64,000 nucleotides of DNA from Methanofastidiosum sp. (GCA_040771805.1 JAXGZJ010000001.1:1295961-1359960), one strand, 5' to 3'. Positions 52,088 through 63,778 are shown, counted from the first letter of the stretch. Notes: generated by a model not told the origin, from the sequence alone. Numbers and translations are program-made.

Positions 52088-52612
52088 ATGTCCCATTTAG
52101 TAATAGCATACCCAGAATTAAAAAAGAAAGACTATTCTTGGATACAGGAATTAAGAAGTAAATATGACTTACTTTATTATGACATTATAAATCCACATTT
52201 TAAATTTATATTTCCAGTTTTTTATCTAGATAAGAAGGAGCTCATTTCTGAAGTAAAAGAAAAATCTAGGGGATTAAAAATAATAAATTTCAGCCTAAGA
52301 TGTGCCATAATAAATAAGGATCCATTTAATGATTACTGGCATATATTTTTTGTTCCAGATGAGGGTTATAGCGATATCACAAAAGCCCATGATAAATTAT
52401 ATTCTGGGAAACTAAAAGATGAACTTTTCTTGGCAATACCTTATATCCCCCATATAGGGATTGGAAATTCTACCAATGCAAATGACTGCAAGATTCTTGT
52501 AGATGAATTAAATGAAAGAAATTTTGAGATTAAAGGTAAAATTAAAAATCTTTCAATTATTTCAATTATAGAAAAAAAGGTGGAAGATATTGAAACAATA
52601 GAATTAGAGTAA
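52088..52612 (+). CDS. 2H phosphoesterase (2'-5' RNA ligase-like) protein
   Basis: R.KYD...PHF..IFP and YIPHIGIG motifs. Confidence 0.75.
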   Translation: MSHLVIAYPELKKKDYSWIQELRSKYDLLYYDIINPHFKFIFPVFYLDKKELISEVKEKSRGLKIINFSLRCAIINKDPFNDYWHIFFVPDEGYSDITKAHDKLYSGKLKDELFLAIPYIPHIGIGNSTNANDCKILVDELNERNFEIKGKIKNLSIISIIEKKVEDIETIELE

Positions 52613-52719
52613 TTAATTGACATTATTTATTTAATGTACTTATCTCAGTTTATCCACTAAACTTAAAAACATAGCCAATATATCAAAGAAAAGAGCTATA
52701 TTGTATAATTGGTGAGTAT

Positions 52720-54636
52720 ATGGGCTATACTATTTCTGAAAAAATCATATCCTCTCATTTAGTTGAAGGTGATATGAAAAGTCAAAGTCTTATAGGAATT
52801 AAAATTGATCAAACTCTAACTCAAGATGCAACAGGTACCTTAGCGTATTTGCAGTTTGAAGCAATGGGGGTACCTAAAGTAAAAACTGAGCTATCTGTGA
52901 GTTATGTTGACCACAATACTCTTCAGACTTCATTTGAGAATGCCGACGATCATATGTATCTACAAAGTGTCGCAAAAAAATATGGTTTAGTTTTTTCCCG
53001 GCCAGGTAATGGAATATGTCACCAGCTACACCTTGAGAGATTTGGGATCCCTGGAAAAACTCTTTTGGGTTCAGATAGTCACACGCCCACAGGAGGGGGG
53101 ATAGGGATGATATCTATTGGTGCTGGAGGGCTTGATGTTGCACTTGCAATGGCAGGAGAGCCTTTTTATTTGAAAATGCCAAATATAGTTGAGGTATGTC
53201 TTGAGGGTGAGCTACCTGAGTGGACTTCTGCAAAAGATATAATTTTAGATCTATTGAGGAGATTATCTGTTAAAGGCGGAGTCAACAAAATCTTTGAATT
53301 TACTGGAAAGGGAATTGAGAGTTTGACTGTTCCTGAGCGGGCTACAATTACTAATATGGGAACAGAACTTGGAGCGACAACTTCTATTTTTCCAAGTGAT
53401 AAAATAACAAAGGCATTCATGAAATCGGAAGGTAGGAGTGATCAATGGCAAAAAATCAAAGCAGATAATGGTGCAGAATATTCTGAAACTATTTTCATTG
53501 ATTTGAATGAATTAGAGCCCATGATTGCAAAACCACATATGCCGGATAATGTTGTAAAAATAAATGAAATCGAAGGTATTAAAGTTTCACAAGTTGCTAT
53601 TGGAAGTTGCACCAACTCATCCTATAAAGATTTGGCCCTCGTATCTGAAGTGCTTAAGGGAAAGACAGTTCATCCCGATGTAAGTCTTGTAGTTTCTCCT
53701 GGTTCTAAACAGGTCTTTTCTATGATGGTCAAGGATGGATATCTAAAAAATATTGTAGATGCCGGAGGGAGGATTTTAGAATGTACCTGCGGTCCTTGTA
53801 TTGGAATGGGACAAGCCCCAACATCCAAAGGAACGTCTCTTAGAACTTTTAATAGAAATTTCAAAGGCAGGAGTGGAACAAAAGATGCGGATATTTATCT
53901 AGTAAGTCCCGAAGTCGCAGTCGCAGCAGCAATATATGGAGTTATTACTGATCCACGAAAACTGGGAAAATACCCAAAAATAAAGATGCCCGAAAAATTT
54001 GAAATAAACGATAACATGTTTATTTTCCCAGGCGAGAATAAAAAAGATGTAGAAATAATTAGGGGGCCGAATATAAAGCCGGTACCTAGAAATGAAGTTT
54101 TAAAAGATCCACTGAAAGGCTCCGTTTTATTGAAAACTGGAGACAATATTACAACTGATGATATTATGCCAGCTGGCGCAAAAATATTGCCACTAAGATC
54201 CAATATACCCAAAATTTCTGAATATACATTTGAAAGAATTGATAAAGACTTTCCTTCTAGAGCTAAAGCTAAAGGTGGAGGATTTATAATTGGGGGTAGT
54301 AACTATGGTCAAGGGTCTTCTAGAGAACACGCTGCAATAGCACCAATGTTTCTGGGTATTAAAGCTGTAATTGCAAAAAGTTTTGCAAGAATTCATCAAG
54401 CAAATCTAATTAATTTTGGAATAGTTCCATTAACATTTTCTGATGAAAGAGATTATGACAGGGTAGATTTTGGTGATGAACTAGTAATAGAGTTGGGAGA
54501 TTTTAATAATATAATATGTAAAAACATAACAAAGAAAGAAGATTATAAGCTTAATAAAAATCTTTTAACACGTGACCTAGAACTTTTAAAGGCTGGTGGG
54601 GCCTTAAATTATGTATATAACAAAATGAGGCGATAA
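52720..54636 (+). CDS. aconitate hydratase
   Basis: QDATG, DHN, GICHQ, DSHT, GSCTN, CGPCIG, TFNRNF, GSSREHA. Confidence 0.93.
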   Translation: MGYTISEKIISSHLVEGDMKSQSLIGIKIDQTLTQDATGTLAYLQFEAMGVPKVKTELSVSYVDHNTLQTSFENADDHMYLQSVAKKYGLVFSRPGNGICHQLHLERFGIPGKTLLGSDSHTPTGGGIGMISIGAGGLDVALAMAGEPFYLKMPNIVEVCLEGELPEWTSAKDIILDLLRRLSVKGGVNKIFEFTGKGIESLTVPERATITNMGTELGATTSIFPSDKITKAFMKSEGRSDQWQKIKADNGAEYSETIFIDLNELEPMIAKPHMPDNVVKINEIEGIKVSQVAIGSCTNSSYKDLALVSEVLKGKTVHPDVSLVVSPGSKQVFSMMVKDGYLKNIVDAGGRILECTCGPCIGMGQAPTSKGTSLRTFNRNFKGRSGTKDADIYLVSPEVAVAAAIYGVITDPRKLGKYPKIKMPEKFEINDNMFIFPGENKKDVEIIRGPNIKPVPRNEVLKDPLKGSVLLKTGDNITTDDIMPAGAKILPLRSNIPKISEYTFERIDKDFPSRAKAKGGGFIIGGSNYGQGSSREHAAIAPMFLGIKAVIAKSFARIHQANLINFGIVPLTFSDERDYDRVDFGDELVIELGDFNNIICKNITKKEDYKLNKNLLTRDLELLKAGGALNYVYNKMRR

Positions 54637-54637
54637 A

Positions 54638-55837
54638 GTGGATGGAGATTTAATCACAATTAAGTCCGGAAAAATTGATGTTCCAAATTACCCGATTATC
54701 CCTTTTATTGAAGGAGACGGAATAGGCCCAGACATATGGAAAGTAACTCAAAGAATTATTGATTCTGCGATTCAAAAAGTATATGGAAGTAAGAGGAAAA
54801 TTTATTGGACTGAAGTATTGGCTGGGGAAAAAGCTTTCAATAAAACAAAAAGTTGGCTTCCTGATGAAACGGTAGAAAAAATAAAAGAGAGTGTGGTGGG
54901 CATTAAGGGCCCATTGACTACTCCGGTAGGCGGTGGAATCCGAAGTATCAATGTCACTTTACGACAAGTCCTTGATCTATATGCTTGTATAAGGCCAGTT
55001 AGATACTATGAGGGAATTCCTTCTCCAATGAAACACCCAGAGCATGTCAATATGGTTGTATTTAGGGAAAATACTGAAGATGTATATTCTGGGATTGAAT
55101 GGCCTGCTAATTCTGATGAAGCCAATAAAGTAATTTCGTACCTAGAAACAAACTTTGGAACAAAAATAAGGAAAAACTCAAGTATAGGTATAAAGCCTAT
55201 TTCAGAATTTGGAACAAAAAGAATTGCTAAAAAAGCATTCGATTATGCTATTGAAAATAATAGAAAATCCGTTACGGTGGTTCATAAAGGAAATATAATG
55301 AAGTATACTGAAGGAGCTTTCAAAAATTGGACATATGATCTTGCAAATGTGGAATATAAGGGAAAGATCATTCCATATACAGAATATAAAAATTCTGGAA
55401 TTGTTCTAAAAGATGCTATAGCGGATAATATGTTTCAACAGATTCTTTTGAGGCCTTCCGAATATGATGTACTTGTAATGCCAAATCTTAATGGAGATTA
55501 TTTCTCTGATGCACTTGCCGCCCAAGTAGGGGGGCTTGGAATAGCTCCTGGAGGAAATATAGGTGAAGGGTATGCGGTATTTGAAGCAACACATGGCACT
55601 GCACCGAAATATGCTGGAATGGATAAAGTCAATCCTGGTTCATTGCTCCTATCAAGTGTCATGATGTTAAACTACCTCGGGTGGAATGAAGCCGCTACAT
55701 TAATTGAAAAGAGCTTTGGTGAAACAATAAAACAAAAATATGTTACCTATGATTTTGCAAGACAAATGGAAGGTGCAACTGAAGTTAAATGTTCTGAGTT
55801 CGGTGAGAGGATAATAGCAAATATGAATATTATTTAA
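54638..55837 (+). CDS. icd: isocitrate dehydrogenase (NADP-type)
   Basis: [49 protein letters not shown]. Confidence 0.96.
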   Translation: MDGDLITIKSGKIDVPNYPIIPFIEGDGIGPDIWKVTQRIIDSAIQKVYGSKRKIYWTEVLAGEKAFNKTKSWLPDETVEKIKESVVGIKGPLTTPVGGGIRSINVTLRQVLDLYACIRPVRYYEGIPSPMKHPEHVNMVVFRENTEDVYSGIEWPANSDEANKVISYLETNFGTKIRKNSSIGIKPISEFGTKRIAKKAFDYAIENNRKSVTVVHKGNIMKYTEGAFKNWTYDLANVEYKGKIIPYTEYKNSGIVLKDAIADNMFQQILLRPSEYDVLVMPNLNGDYFSDALAAQVGGLGIAPGGNIGEGYAVFEATHGTAPKYAGMDKVNPGSLLLSSVMMLNYLGWNEAATLIEKSFGETIKQKYVTYDFARQMEGATEVKCSEFGERIIANMNII

Positions 55838-56093
55838 TTTTTTTTCTACTAGTTTTTTTCCTTCGAATTACTTCTTTTTTGAATTCTTCAATACTCTCTT
55901 CGGAAATCTCAGGAAAATATAAAAGATCATTAATAAACAAGCCCTTTTTGATGCTGCCATATCCACATTCTTTGCAAATATCCCGGACCATGTATTTAAA
56001 TGATTCAACAGATACATCAGTGCTACCACAATTTGGGCAAACTTTAATATACCCTCTCATACGTGTTCCATCAACGGAGTTACTCTTTTTCAT
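55830..56093 (-). CDS. small CPxCG zinc-finger protein
   Basis: CPNCGS...CKECGY. Confidence 0.75.
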   Translation of the reverse strand: MKKSNSVDGTRMRGYIKVCPNCGSTDVSVESFKYMVRDICKECGYGSIKKGLFINDLLYFPEISEESIEEFKKEVIRRKKTSRKKIK

Positions 56094-56354
56094 AACATCT
56101 GTACTTCTAAATGGTATTTATTGTTTTGATTATTTAAATTTTGACTAATAAGATCATGGTGATAATTATATCCTGTTCAAACTTTTCACGATGATCATAT
56201 ATGCACGATAGCCTATGCATACGCCTACTTTCACACCGTTGACATGTGCCTATTTTTCCAGTATATTGATTTAGTAGTTTTCATATGCATACAATATAAA
56301 CATAAATACATTTTATAAATAGAAATGTTGTTATACTTTTACTTGGTGGCAAAT

Positions 56355-57236
56355 TTGAAAATTTTAATAATTACCCAGAAAAAATCCAAAGTATTGAGCA
56401 CCCTTTTAGAATCTAAAGAGGTAGTGGGTATTATAGAGCCAAGGGAAGACAAACATTTAAGCAGTATTGTTGAAAAAGCTATATTTAAAAATATTAAATC
56501 TGTAGCCAAAAAATATCACATTCCTTATTTATTGATGAAAGATAGAAAACAGAATATACTTGACTGGATTAGGGATAAAAATCCTGATTTGATAGTTGTA
56601 TATTCTATGCCATTTTTGCTTAAAGAAGAGGTATTCTCTTTTCCAAGTCTAGGTACTATCAATCTACATACCGCTCTATTACCTAAATATCGGGGGGCCG
56701 TACCTATCTTTTGGACATACTATTATTTTGACATGGATACTGGAGTTACAGTCCATTATATTGATAAAGGAGAAGATACAGGTGACATAGTTTTACAAAA
56801 AGAGGTAAAAGTAGACTTTGGCGAAAGATATTATGAATTAAGGTCAAAATTTGAAGAAATAGGTGCTGTAGCCATACTGGAAGCCATAAATAATATAGAA
56901 TCTGGTAAGGCCAATAGAATAAAACAATCGATAGATTCCCCTACTCCGCGCGCAATAAGGGTCAAAAGAGAATATTATATAGAACTAATTGATTGGAATT
57001 GGAATTTGGAAAGAATATGGCATTTTTTTAGAGGAACTGAAAATTATCTAAAGCATATCTTAATTAAAAATAAATTTATTTCTAAAATATTTAGGATAGA
57101 AATAGGCAAAATGGAAATAGTTGGGCATAATTTTGTAATTGGTAGTCTTCACAAGGATGTAAATGGAAAGTTTATTGCTTGTAAGGGCGGTAAAGTATAT
57201 TACAAATTTAAATTATGGAATCCTGAAAAAAAATAA
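56355..57236 (+). CDS. formyltransferase family protein (Fmt-like)
   Basis: PDLIV, INLHTALLPKYRG, TGVTVHYIDKGEDTGDI; GGTGG SD before TTG 56355. Confidence 0.85.
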   Translation: MKILIITQKKSKVLSTLLESKEVVGIIEPREDKHLSSIVEKAIFKNIKSVAKKYHIPYLLMKDRKQNILDWIRDKNPDLIVVYSMPFLLKEEVFSFPSLGTINLHTALLPKYRGAVPIFWTYYYFDMDTGVTVHYIDKGEDTGDIVLQKEVKVDFGERYYELRSKFEEIGAVAILEAINNIESGKANRIKQSIDSPTPRAIRVKREYYIELIDWNWNLERIWHFFRGTENYLKHILIKNKFISKIFRIEIGKMEIVGHNFVIGSLHKDVNGKFIACKGGKVYYKFKLWNPEKK

Positions 57237-57245
57237 TCTATTAAT

Positions 57246-57779
57246 TTAATTGTTTTGATGTGGGTAATTCCAAAGGCCAACTTTATTAATTCTGGCATAT
57301 GTCTCAGCTTTAACTAATATAATATAGTAATCAGATTTTTTTTCTGTATACACTCTTGCAAATCCATTTTTAACTAATTCTAAATTGAAATTACTATTAT
57401 CAATGTGTATATAGGCTAAAGTTCTACCAAATTGATCTTTTTGACCCTGGATAGTGTCATAAGAGATATTTACTTCTTTATTATATAACCTTTCGTTAGT
57501 ATAGTTAAATGCATTTACTCCCCATTCTCTCAGATGTTTATCTGGAAGATTATACCACTTACTTTCATTGTTTTTTGAATAAGGTTCTGGTGTATCTATG
57601 CCTACAAGTCTTACTTTTTCTATCTTTCCCTCAATTAAAATTTCAATAGTATCCCCATCTATTACTTTAGTTACTAAAATATTATTTATCCTATCGGAAG
57701 GGCGATATTTTAAGTTTATAGGATCAACACAGCAAGTTGAAATTAAAAGAAAAAAAATAACAATCAGTATTTTTTTCAT
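57246..57779 (-). CDS. thermonuclease (SNase) family lipoprotein
   Basis: VIDGDT, VRLVGIDTPE, DQFGRTLAY, LVKNGFA, GLW. Confidence 0.92.
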   Translation of the reverse strand: MKKILIVIFFLLISTCCVDPINLKYRPSDRINNILVTKVIDGDTIEILIEGKIEKVRLVGIDTPEPYSKNNESKWYNLPDKHLREWGVNAFNYTNERLYNKEVNISYDTIQGQKDQFGRTLAYIHIDNSNFNLELVKNGFARVYTEKKSDYYIILVKAETYARINKVGLWNYPHQNN

Positions 57780-57889
57780 ATTTTTTTAACTGACAATTAC
57801 TTATAAAAAGGTATCATATATGTCCTATGTTTACCGTAATATTATAGATAAATGGTAATTCTTTTATTCGATACCGTTAAATAGATTTT

Positions 57890-58546
57890 ATGGAAGAGTT
57901 AATAAATGAATCTAACTCTTTTTTAGAGGCCAATAAATATCTAGCTAATGGGATATATGAAAAAGCAATAAAACTTTATGAAAAATTTATTAATGATAAT
58001 ATAAATAACGATAGATTAAAGGATATCGGAAGGGCGTATCATAATATGGGAGTTGCTTACGATAATCAAAAAAAATATGATTTAGCAATGGAATGCTTTA
58101 ACAAAGCATTGGAATGTCATTCTAAAAATAATAACTTTAAGGGAATGTCTTGGGCATATTTTAGCATGGGGCTTGTTTATGGAACACTTAATAAATTTCA
58201 GGATATGGTAGAGTCTACTAAAAAAGCGATTGATTTCGGTTCGAAAGTAGAGGATCTTGAAATAATTATTAAGTCTTGCAACAGCATAGCACACGCATTT
58301 ACTCAATTGAATGAATATTCTGAATCCATAAAATATCTTGATCAAGCATTAGAAATTGAAAAGGAACTTGAAGATTCATTTTATTTGTCAGAATCCTATT
58401 ACCTCAAAGGAATTGTGTTAGAAAAACTAAATTTAAAAAAAGAAGCAAAAGATTGTTTTGAGTTGGCCGTAGAAGAAGGTGTTAAAGCTCAAAATGAAAA
58501 AATAGTAACTTTAGCACTTTCTACATTGTCTGAAATACAAGCTTAA
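57890..58546 (+). CDS. tetratricopeptide repeat protein
   Basis: Repeats such as AYHNMG..Y......A...F.KAL and AYFSMGLVY. Confidence 0.85.
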   Translation: MEELINESNSFLEANKYLANGIYEKAIKLYEKFINDNINNDRLKDIGRAYHNMGVAYDNQKKYDLAMECFNKALECHSKNNNFKGMSWAYFSMGLVYGTLNKFQDMVESTKKAIDFGSKVEDLEIIIKSCNSIAHAFTQLNEYSESIKYLDQALEIEKELEDSFYLSESYYLKGIVLEKLNLKKEAKDCFELAVEEGVKAQNEKIVTLALSTLSEIQA

Positions 58547-58562
58547 TAACAAAGCGCTAAAT

Positions 58563-58988
58563 TTAATTTTTAGTGAATGTTAATATTGTTTTCCCTTTGT
58601 CATCAATTAAGCTGAGTTTGTTTCCTTCTAATTTGAATGATTTAACCAAGCTAAGATTATTTAAGTATGTTTTTTCTTGTTCCATTACTCCAGGATTTTT
58701 ACATGCCATTTTTGTGGATCCAATTAATCCAAATGAAATAAACTTACCGTTTAGAGTGTAATTTGCGAAAAAAGTATTGCAGCCTGATGCCCCTGATATC
58801 CTGCCGTCCTTAAATTCAAGAGTTGCTTTAGTGTTAGCTATTGGACTTACTAGGTGACCTGAATTATTCAAATAAGTATTTAATTTCCAAGAAGTCCCTT
58901 CAAGATTTGGAGTAACTTGATTTCCGCATCCAACTAAAAAAATGGGAATCAACAATATTAAAAATAATGATACAGCTCTCTTCTTCAT
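58563..58988 (-). CDS. META domain lipoprotein (paralogue of 5164..5595)
   Basis: Lipobox LVGC; LEGTSW, SGASGCN, GSTKMAC, GVMEQE. Confidence 0.9.
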   Translation of the reverse strand: MKKRAVSLFLILLIPIFLVGCGNQVTPNLEGTSWKLNTYLNNSGHLVSPIANTKATLEFKDGRISGASGCNTFFANYTLNGKFISFGLIGSTKMACKNPGVMEQEKTYLNNLSLVKSFKLEGNKLSLIDDKGKTILTFTKN

Positions 58989-59203
58989 ATCACAACACCA
59001 TACTGTTACTTATTTAAACTACATTAAAGTATATATATTTTTCTATTAGTATTATGATCTTAACTTATCTAAAAATTATAACTTCTGCAACTAAAGAATT
59101 CATGTTTCTAACTCGAATTAATCCCGTATTAGGGATTTTAGATTTTTTCATATGTGCCTTCAATTAACAATAAATACATAAAAATAATTCATCTATTGAT
59201 TAA

Positions 59204-59605
59204 ATGGATTTTATTAAAGAATTTATAGAAAATGACAAATTTGCAAAGTCAGTAGGAATCGAATTATTAGAAGTATCACTTGGCTATGCAAAAGCAAAAA
59301 TGGAAATAAAAGATATTCACCACAATTCGATTAACACTGTGCATTGTGGAGCGATTTTCACCCTAGCAGATTTCACATTTGCAGTGGCTGCAAATACACA
59401 CAATAAGATGTCTGTGGCGTTAAATGTGAATATTTCTTTCCTAAAAGCTATATCTGAGGGAGTTTTAATTGCTGAAGCACAAGAAATTTCAGTTAATCCA
59501 AAAATTGCTACATACAAGATTCTTGTATCAAATGATTTAGGGGAAATAATAGCAACGTTTGAAGGAATGGCGTATAGGAAAGAAAGATCTTTAGTGAAAG
59601 AATAA
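59204..59605 (+). CDS. PaaI family hotdog thioesterase
   Basis: DKFA, N...VHCGAIFTLAD, AAN. Confidence 0.9.
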   Translation: MDFIKEFIENDKFAKSVGIELLEVSLGYAKAKMEIKDIHHNSINTVHCGAIFTLADFTFAVAANTHNKMSVALNVNISFLKAISEGVLIAEAQEISVNPKIATYKILVSNDLGEIIATFEGMAYRKERSLVKE

Positions 59606-59652
59606 AACAAATTATTTATAATAGTTCATACTTAGCGTATATTGGTGATGTT

Positions 59653-59847
59653 ATGCCTTTTGTTGAAATATATTTGTGGAAAGAAACAAGTGACGACTTG
59701 AAAAAGGAAAGATTAATTAACGAAGTTTCAAAAAAAGTCAGTGAAATAACAGGGGCACCTCTTGATGCAGTTGAAATATTAATCACAGAAATTCCTAAGG
59801 CAAATTGGGGAAAAGGTGGAATTCCTGCTTCAAAGTGGCAAATATAA
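59653..59847 (+). CDS. 4-oxalocrotonate tautomerase family protein
   Basis: N-terminal Pro (MPFVEI), K..LI, WGKGG. Confidence 0.9.
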   Translation: MPFVEIYLWKETSDDLKKERLINEVSKKVSEITGAPLDAVEILITEIPKANWGKGGIPASKWQI

Positions 59848-60170
59848 TAAATAAAATTTAACTATCAATTTCTATGTTTTTTTATCTTTTAATTTTATAA
59901 GTATTTGAAGGCTTCAATGCATCTCTTAATAACGAATAGGAAAGCTTTCATCATTTTATCTTGAGTTAAAGTACTAATGCTATTGATAGCCTAATCATCT
60001 AATGCATTATCCCATTCTCATTGACTTTAGCCATCCATCTTTATCACACTTATTATCAATTATCCAAAAATACCAATATTGAATAGCCACTAGTTGATTA
60101 GTTATCAAAGCAAGACAAATATGTCTAGAGTGGCTAGAATTCACTATGGATGTGTAAAATATTCTTTCTA

Positions 60171-60404
60171 TCACTCTAGCAATAATTTTTCTATAGATAT
60201 AATATTAACTGGACAGGAATCTACAGCTGATTGAACACATTCTAACATATCTTCTCCCACTTCCCCTTCCGAGTCATTTTTACCCCTATATTCCTTAGTT
60301 ATTTTTGAACTTTCACCAGGCTCTAAAATAAAAACTTCGGGACAAGTTGCGCTACAATTTCCGCAAAGAATACATTCTTCTTGTTTTATATGGACTTTCA
60401 TCAT
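60171..60404 (-). CDS. single-cluster ferredoxin
   Basis: CILCGNC...CPEVF and CPVNII. Confidence 0.92.
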   Translation of the reverse strand: MMKVHIKQEECILCGNCSATCPEVFILEPGESSKITKEYRGKNDSEGEVGEDMLECVQSAVDSCPVNIISIEKLLLE

Positions 60405-60643
60405 AATCACAAATAATTACTTACCTGATCTTTTATAAAATTTTATATTATTTGGCGTTAAATAAATAATCACAAAAACATCTAAGATTGATGCATACCT
60501 GCCCATTTCATGCCCAAGTAAATATAAGAAAAGAGTAAGAGGCAAAAATCATATATTTTAATAAATCCACAATCATATCAAATATAGATAGATTTATAAT
60601 ATAAGTAAATATTTTGAAGTCAATTAATTATTTAGGTCTTTTA

Positions 60644-62041
60644 ATGCCAGAAAAAAATGATTTGATAGAAAATAAAACTCATACCGAGGGGATAAAGACT
60701 CTTTTGGGCGACCCTAAAAACGCTATATTAAAGTTATCAATCCCTATGATTATAGCCATGCTTGTTCAAACACTTTATAATTTTGCTGATGCCTTATGGG
60801 TTTCATTTTTGGGACCTGAAGCATTATCTGCGGTTGGATTCTTTTTTCCTTTTTCTTACATGATTATGTCTGTTGGTGCAGGTATAGGCATGGGGGGAAG
60901 TGCTGCAATATCAAGATTTATTGGGGCACATAAGAAAGAAAAGGCCGATAATGTTGCTGCGCATACAATAGTATTAATGTTGGTAATGGGAATAGTTATT
61001 ACAATTCCTTTTGTTGTATTTTCAAGAAATATTTTTGAAATAATGAAGGCAGGAAATGTAATTGAAGACGCCACTAAGTATGCACAGATTATGTTTGGGG
61101 GTACATTACTAGTTTTCTTTTCTAATGTCGCTAATTCTATCCTTAGGGGTGAAGGCGATACAAAAAGATCAATGTATGCCATGGCATTTGGTTCTATTTT
61201 GAATATAATTCTTGATCCAATATTCATATATCCTTTAAAAATGGGAGTCCCAGGGGCAGCTTGGGCGTCAATTATATCCCTAGCAATATCTTCTATGATT
61301 TTATTTTATTGGCTTTTTGTTAAAAAGAACAGTTATGTTTCAACTTCTCTATCAAAATTTAGGTTTCATAAATCTATACTAATTGATATACTGAGGGTGG
61401 GGATACCTTTTTCACTTTCCCAGTTACTAATGTCATTTTCTTTTTTAGGTTTAAATTTTATCGTTGTATCCGTAGGTGGCACTGACGGAATAGCTATTTA
61501 CACCACAGGATGGAGGATTGTAATGTTTGGTACATTACCCTTGATTGGTATGTCTACTGCGGTAACTGCTGTTACTGGGGCTGCTTATGGTGCAAATGAA
61601 ATAAAAAAAATGGATACTGCATATCTCTATTCTGTAAAGTTAGGTGTATTGATAGAGGCTTTTGTTGCAACAACTGTTTTTATATTTGCGCCTCAAATCG
61701 CGTCAATATTCACTCAATCGGCCGGAGGGGCGAGAATTTTAGATGATCTGATTTTATTTCTAAGAATTTCTTCAGTATTTTATCCCTCAGTAGCATTTGG
61801 AATGTTTTCTTCAGCTTTATTTCAGGGAACTGGAAGAGGTATTAACGCGCTTATTATAACTCTCTTTAGAACAATAATTTTTATAATACCGTTTTCTTAT
61901 CTATTCTCCATATTTATACAAATGGGACTTAGAGGAGTTTGGTTAGGCATAGTTGCCGGAAATATAACTGGCGCATTTGTTGCATTTGTATGGGCAAGAT
62001 TTTATATTACTCGATTGTTGAGAATAAACAACATTTCCTGA
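60644..62041 (+). CDS. MATE family efflux transporter
   Basis: LSIP, YNFAD, LRGEGDTK, NIILDP, GAAWA, YGA. Confidence 0.93.
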   Translation: MPEKNDLIENKTHTEGIKTLLGDPKNAILKLSIPMIIAMLVQTLYNFADALWVSFLGPEALSAVGFFFPFSYMIMSVGAGIGMGGSAAISRFIGAHKKEKADNVAAHTIVLMLVMGIVITIPFVVFSRNIFEIMKAGNVIEDATKYAQIMFGGTLLVFFSNVANSILRGEGDTKRSMYAMAFGSILNIILDPIFIYPLKMGVPGAAWASIISLAISSMILFYWLFVKKNSYVSTSLSKFRFHKSILIDILRVGIPFSLSQLLMSFSFLGLNFIVVSVGGTDGIAIYTTGWRIVMFGTLPLIGMSTAVTAVTGAAYGANEIKKMDTAYLYSVKLGVLIEAFVATTVFIFAPQIASIFTQSAGGARILDDLILFLRISSVFYPSVAFGMFSSALFQGTGRGINALIITLFRTIIFIIPFSYLFSIFIQMGLRGVWLGIVAGNITGAFVAFVWARFYITRLLRINNIS

Positions 62042-62146
62042 TTTTTGCATAATCTATATGTTATTTGTTATTTAGGTAATGTTATATTGAGAAAATTTGA
62101 CAGATAAATTCTTATACTAATAATTGCAATAGTATTTGGTGAGTTA

Positions 62147-63778
62147 ATGAAAAAACTAAAACTAAAACTGATTGCAATGTCTCTACTTTTCTTAATGACT
62201 ATACACGTAATTGGTATAATGGGTGAAGAAAAAATTGATGAAACTCTATGCTACCCTATACCAGATACTGTTAGAAGCTTATCTTTAGTATCAAATGGAT
62301 TTTATACAGCTGCTGCAGGGGTAGGTGAAAATCCAGAGATATTTATTACAGACCCATACGGAGTTGTTTGGGCATGTCCAAAAAGAGCATTATCAATTTT
62401 ATTAACTTCCGATGGTAAATATACAGTTGTCGGAATGTATGATGGAGTTGAGTTATATGATAACTCAAATGCAGTAGACACAACTATTACAAAAACAATA
62501 ATAAGAATACAATCTACAGGCCCCCCCTTTACGCATGTTTTACCTTCAAGAACTATAGAAATAGATCAAACAGAAAGAACTTGCAATCCTTTATGGAAAT
62601 ATATTACTAAGGAAGAAGTAAGAATAATATCCGTATCTGATACAGCGTCACATATTCTTGCTGCATCTGGAGACACGCTTTACGTAATTGACAAACAAGG
62701 CAAACTTATTTGGAAATATAGCCTAAATAGTAAAGTAACTGACACTGGAATAGCTGGAAGGTATATAGTGACAAGTTCTCAAGACACAGTGTATTTTTTT
62801 AATACTACAGGAGACTTATTATGGACTTACAGGGTAAATGGCATTCCTGAAAAGTTAGTTTTAAGTATGATGGGCCCATTTGTTGGGGTTGGAACAAACT
62901 CTGGAAATGTGTATCAAATTGACAAAAACGGTGTACTTGTATTTAATTATAAGCACAATAAAAGTATCAAGGGACTTTCTATCTCAAATTCGGGAAGTTA
63001 TTTAGTAGCAGGATCAACTGACGGGCATATATTATTCTTCAACAATAAAGGAACAAAGTTGTGGTCATACAAAACTAATGGAGAAGTTAACTATGTTGAT
63101 ATTTCCTCTCAAGGCCAATATATTGCTGCTGGAGCTGACAGGGACAGCTATTACTTATTTAATTGGAATGGACAAAAAATGTGGACAAAAACAAACCCTG
63201 AAAATTATTTCTGGTCCATACAAGTACAAGATGATGGAAAAGGATTGTTCGCAGGTTCTGGCAAGTACATGGGTGGCAACTTAGAAATGAAACTTAGTAA
63301 CAATGTTTGTTTCTTCAATACAGAACAATTTGCAATGGCGGGTGATGCACCTGACAAAAACGTACATACCATACCCACAGAATCTACACAAACTCCCCTC
63401 CAAACAACAAATATCTCCCCCATTGCAAATGCCGGAAACGATTTTGAAACAAAAGTAGGCGAAGCAGTTAGATTTGACGGAACAAAGTCAGTTGACGAAG
63501 ATGGAAATATCGTATCATATCATTGGGATTTTGGGGATGGAAAAACTTCAATTGATCCAAAACCACTTCATCAATATACCTCAGCAGGAGTATACAAAGT
63601 AACACTTATGGTGACAGATGATAAAGGGAGTAAAGGGGAAGACGTTCTTTACGTAACAGTTAAAGAATCACATACCCAATCCCCTGCAAAAGGAGTTCCA
63701 GGATTTGAATTACCTGCATTGCTTGGGGGCTCTATAGTCGCTTATTTTGTTCTATCACGAAGGAATAGGGACAAATAG
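62147..63778 (+). CDS. cell-surface beta-propeller (PQQ/WD40-like) plus PKD domain protein with PGF-CTERM
   Basis: Repeated G.L.W.Y blades, WDFGDG PKD motif, VPGF-TM-RRNR archaeosortase signal. Confidence 0.88.
   Translation: MKKLKLKLIAMSLLFLMTIHVIGIMGEEKIDETLCYPIPDTVRSLSLVSNGFYTAAAGVGENPEIFITDPYGVVWACPKRALSILLTSDGKYTVVGMYDGVELYDNSNAVDTTITKTIIRIQSTGPPFTHVLPSRTIEIDQTERTCNPLWKYITKEEVRIISVSDTASHILAASGDTLYVIDKQGKLIWKYSLNSKVTDTGIAGRYIVTSSQDTVYFFNTTGDLLWTYRVNGIPEKLVLSMMGPFVGVGTNSGNVYQIDKNGVLVFNYKHNKSIKGLSISNSGSYLVAGSTDGHILFFNNKGTKLWSYKTNGEVNYVDISSQGQYIAAGADRDSYYLFNWNGQKMWTKTNPENYFWSIQVQDDGKGLFAGSGKYMGGNLEMKLSNNVCFFNTEQFAMAGDAPDKNVHTIPTESTQTPLQTTNISPIANAGNDFETKVGEAVRFDGTKSVDEDGNIVSYHWDFGDGKTSIDPKPLHQYTSAGVYKVTLMVTDDKGSKGEDVLYVTVKESHTQSPAKGVPGFELPALLGGSIVAYFVLSRRNRDK

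Noticed and set aside
56100..56290. Possible gene remnant on the minus strand (frames giving CQRC or GVCIGYRA)
   Set aside because: Short, interrupted by stops, no start, and similarity too weak to name.
5164..58988. Two META-domain paralogues as ends of a duplicated or mobile segment
   Set aside because: Similarity is limited to the diverged coding sequences and the flanks differ; ordinary paralogy.
59890..60160. Possible pseudogene fragment or structured RNA (TAGCCACT...AGTGGCTA) downstream of the ferredoxin
   Set aside because: No recognisable protein or RNA family, and only one 8-bp stem.
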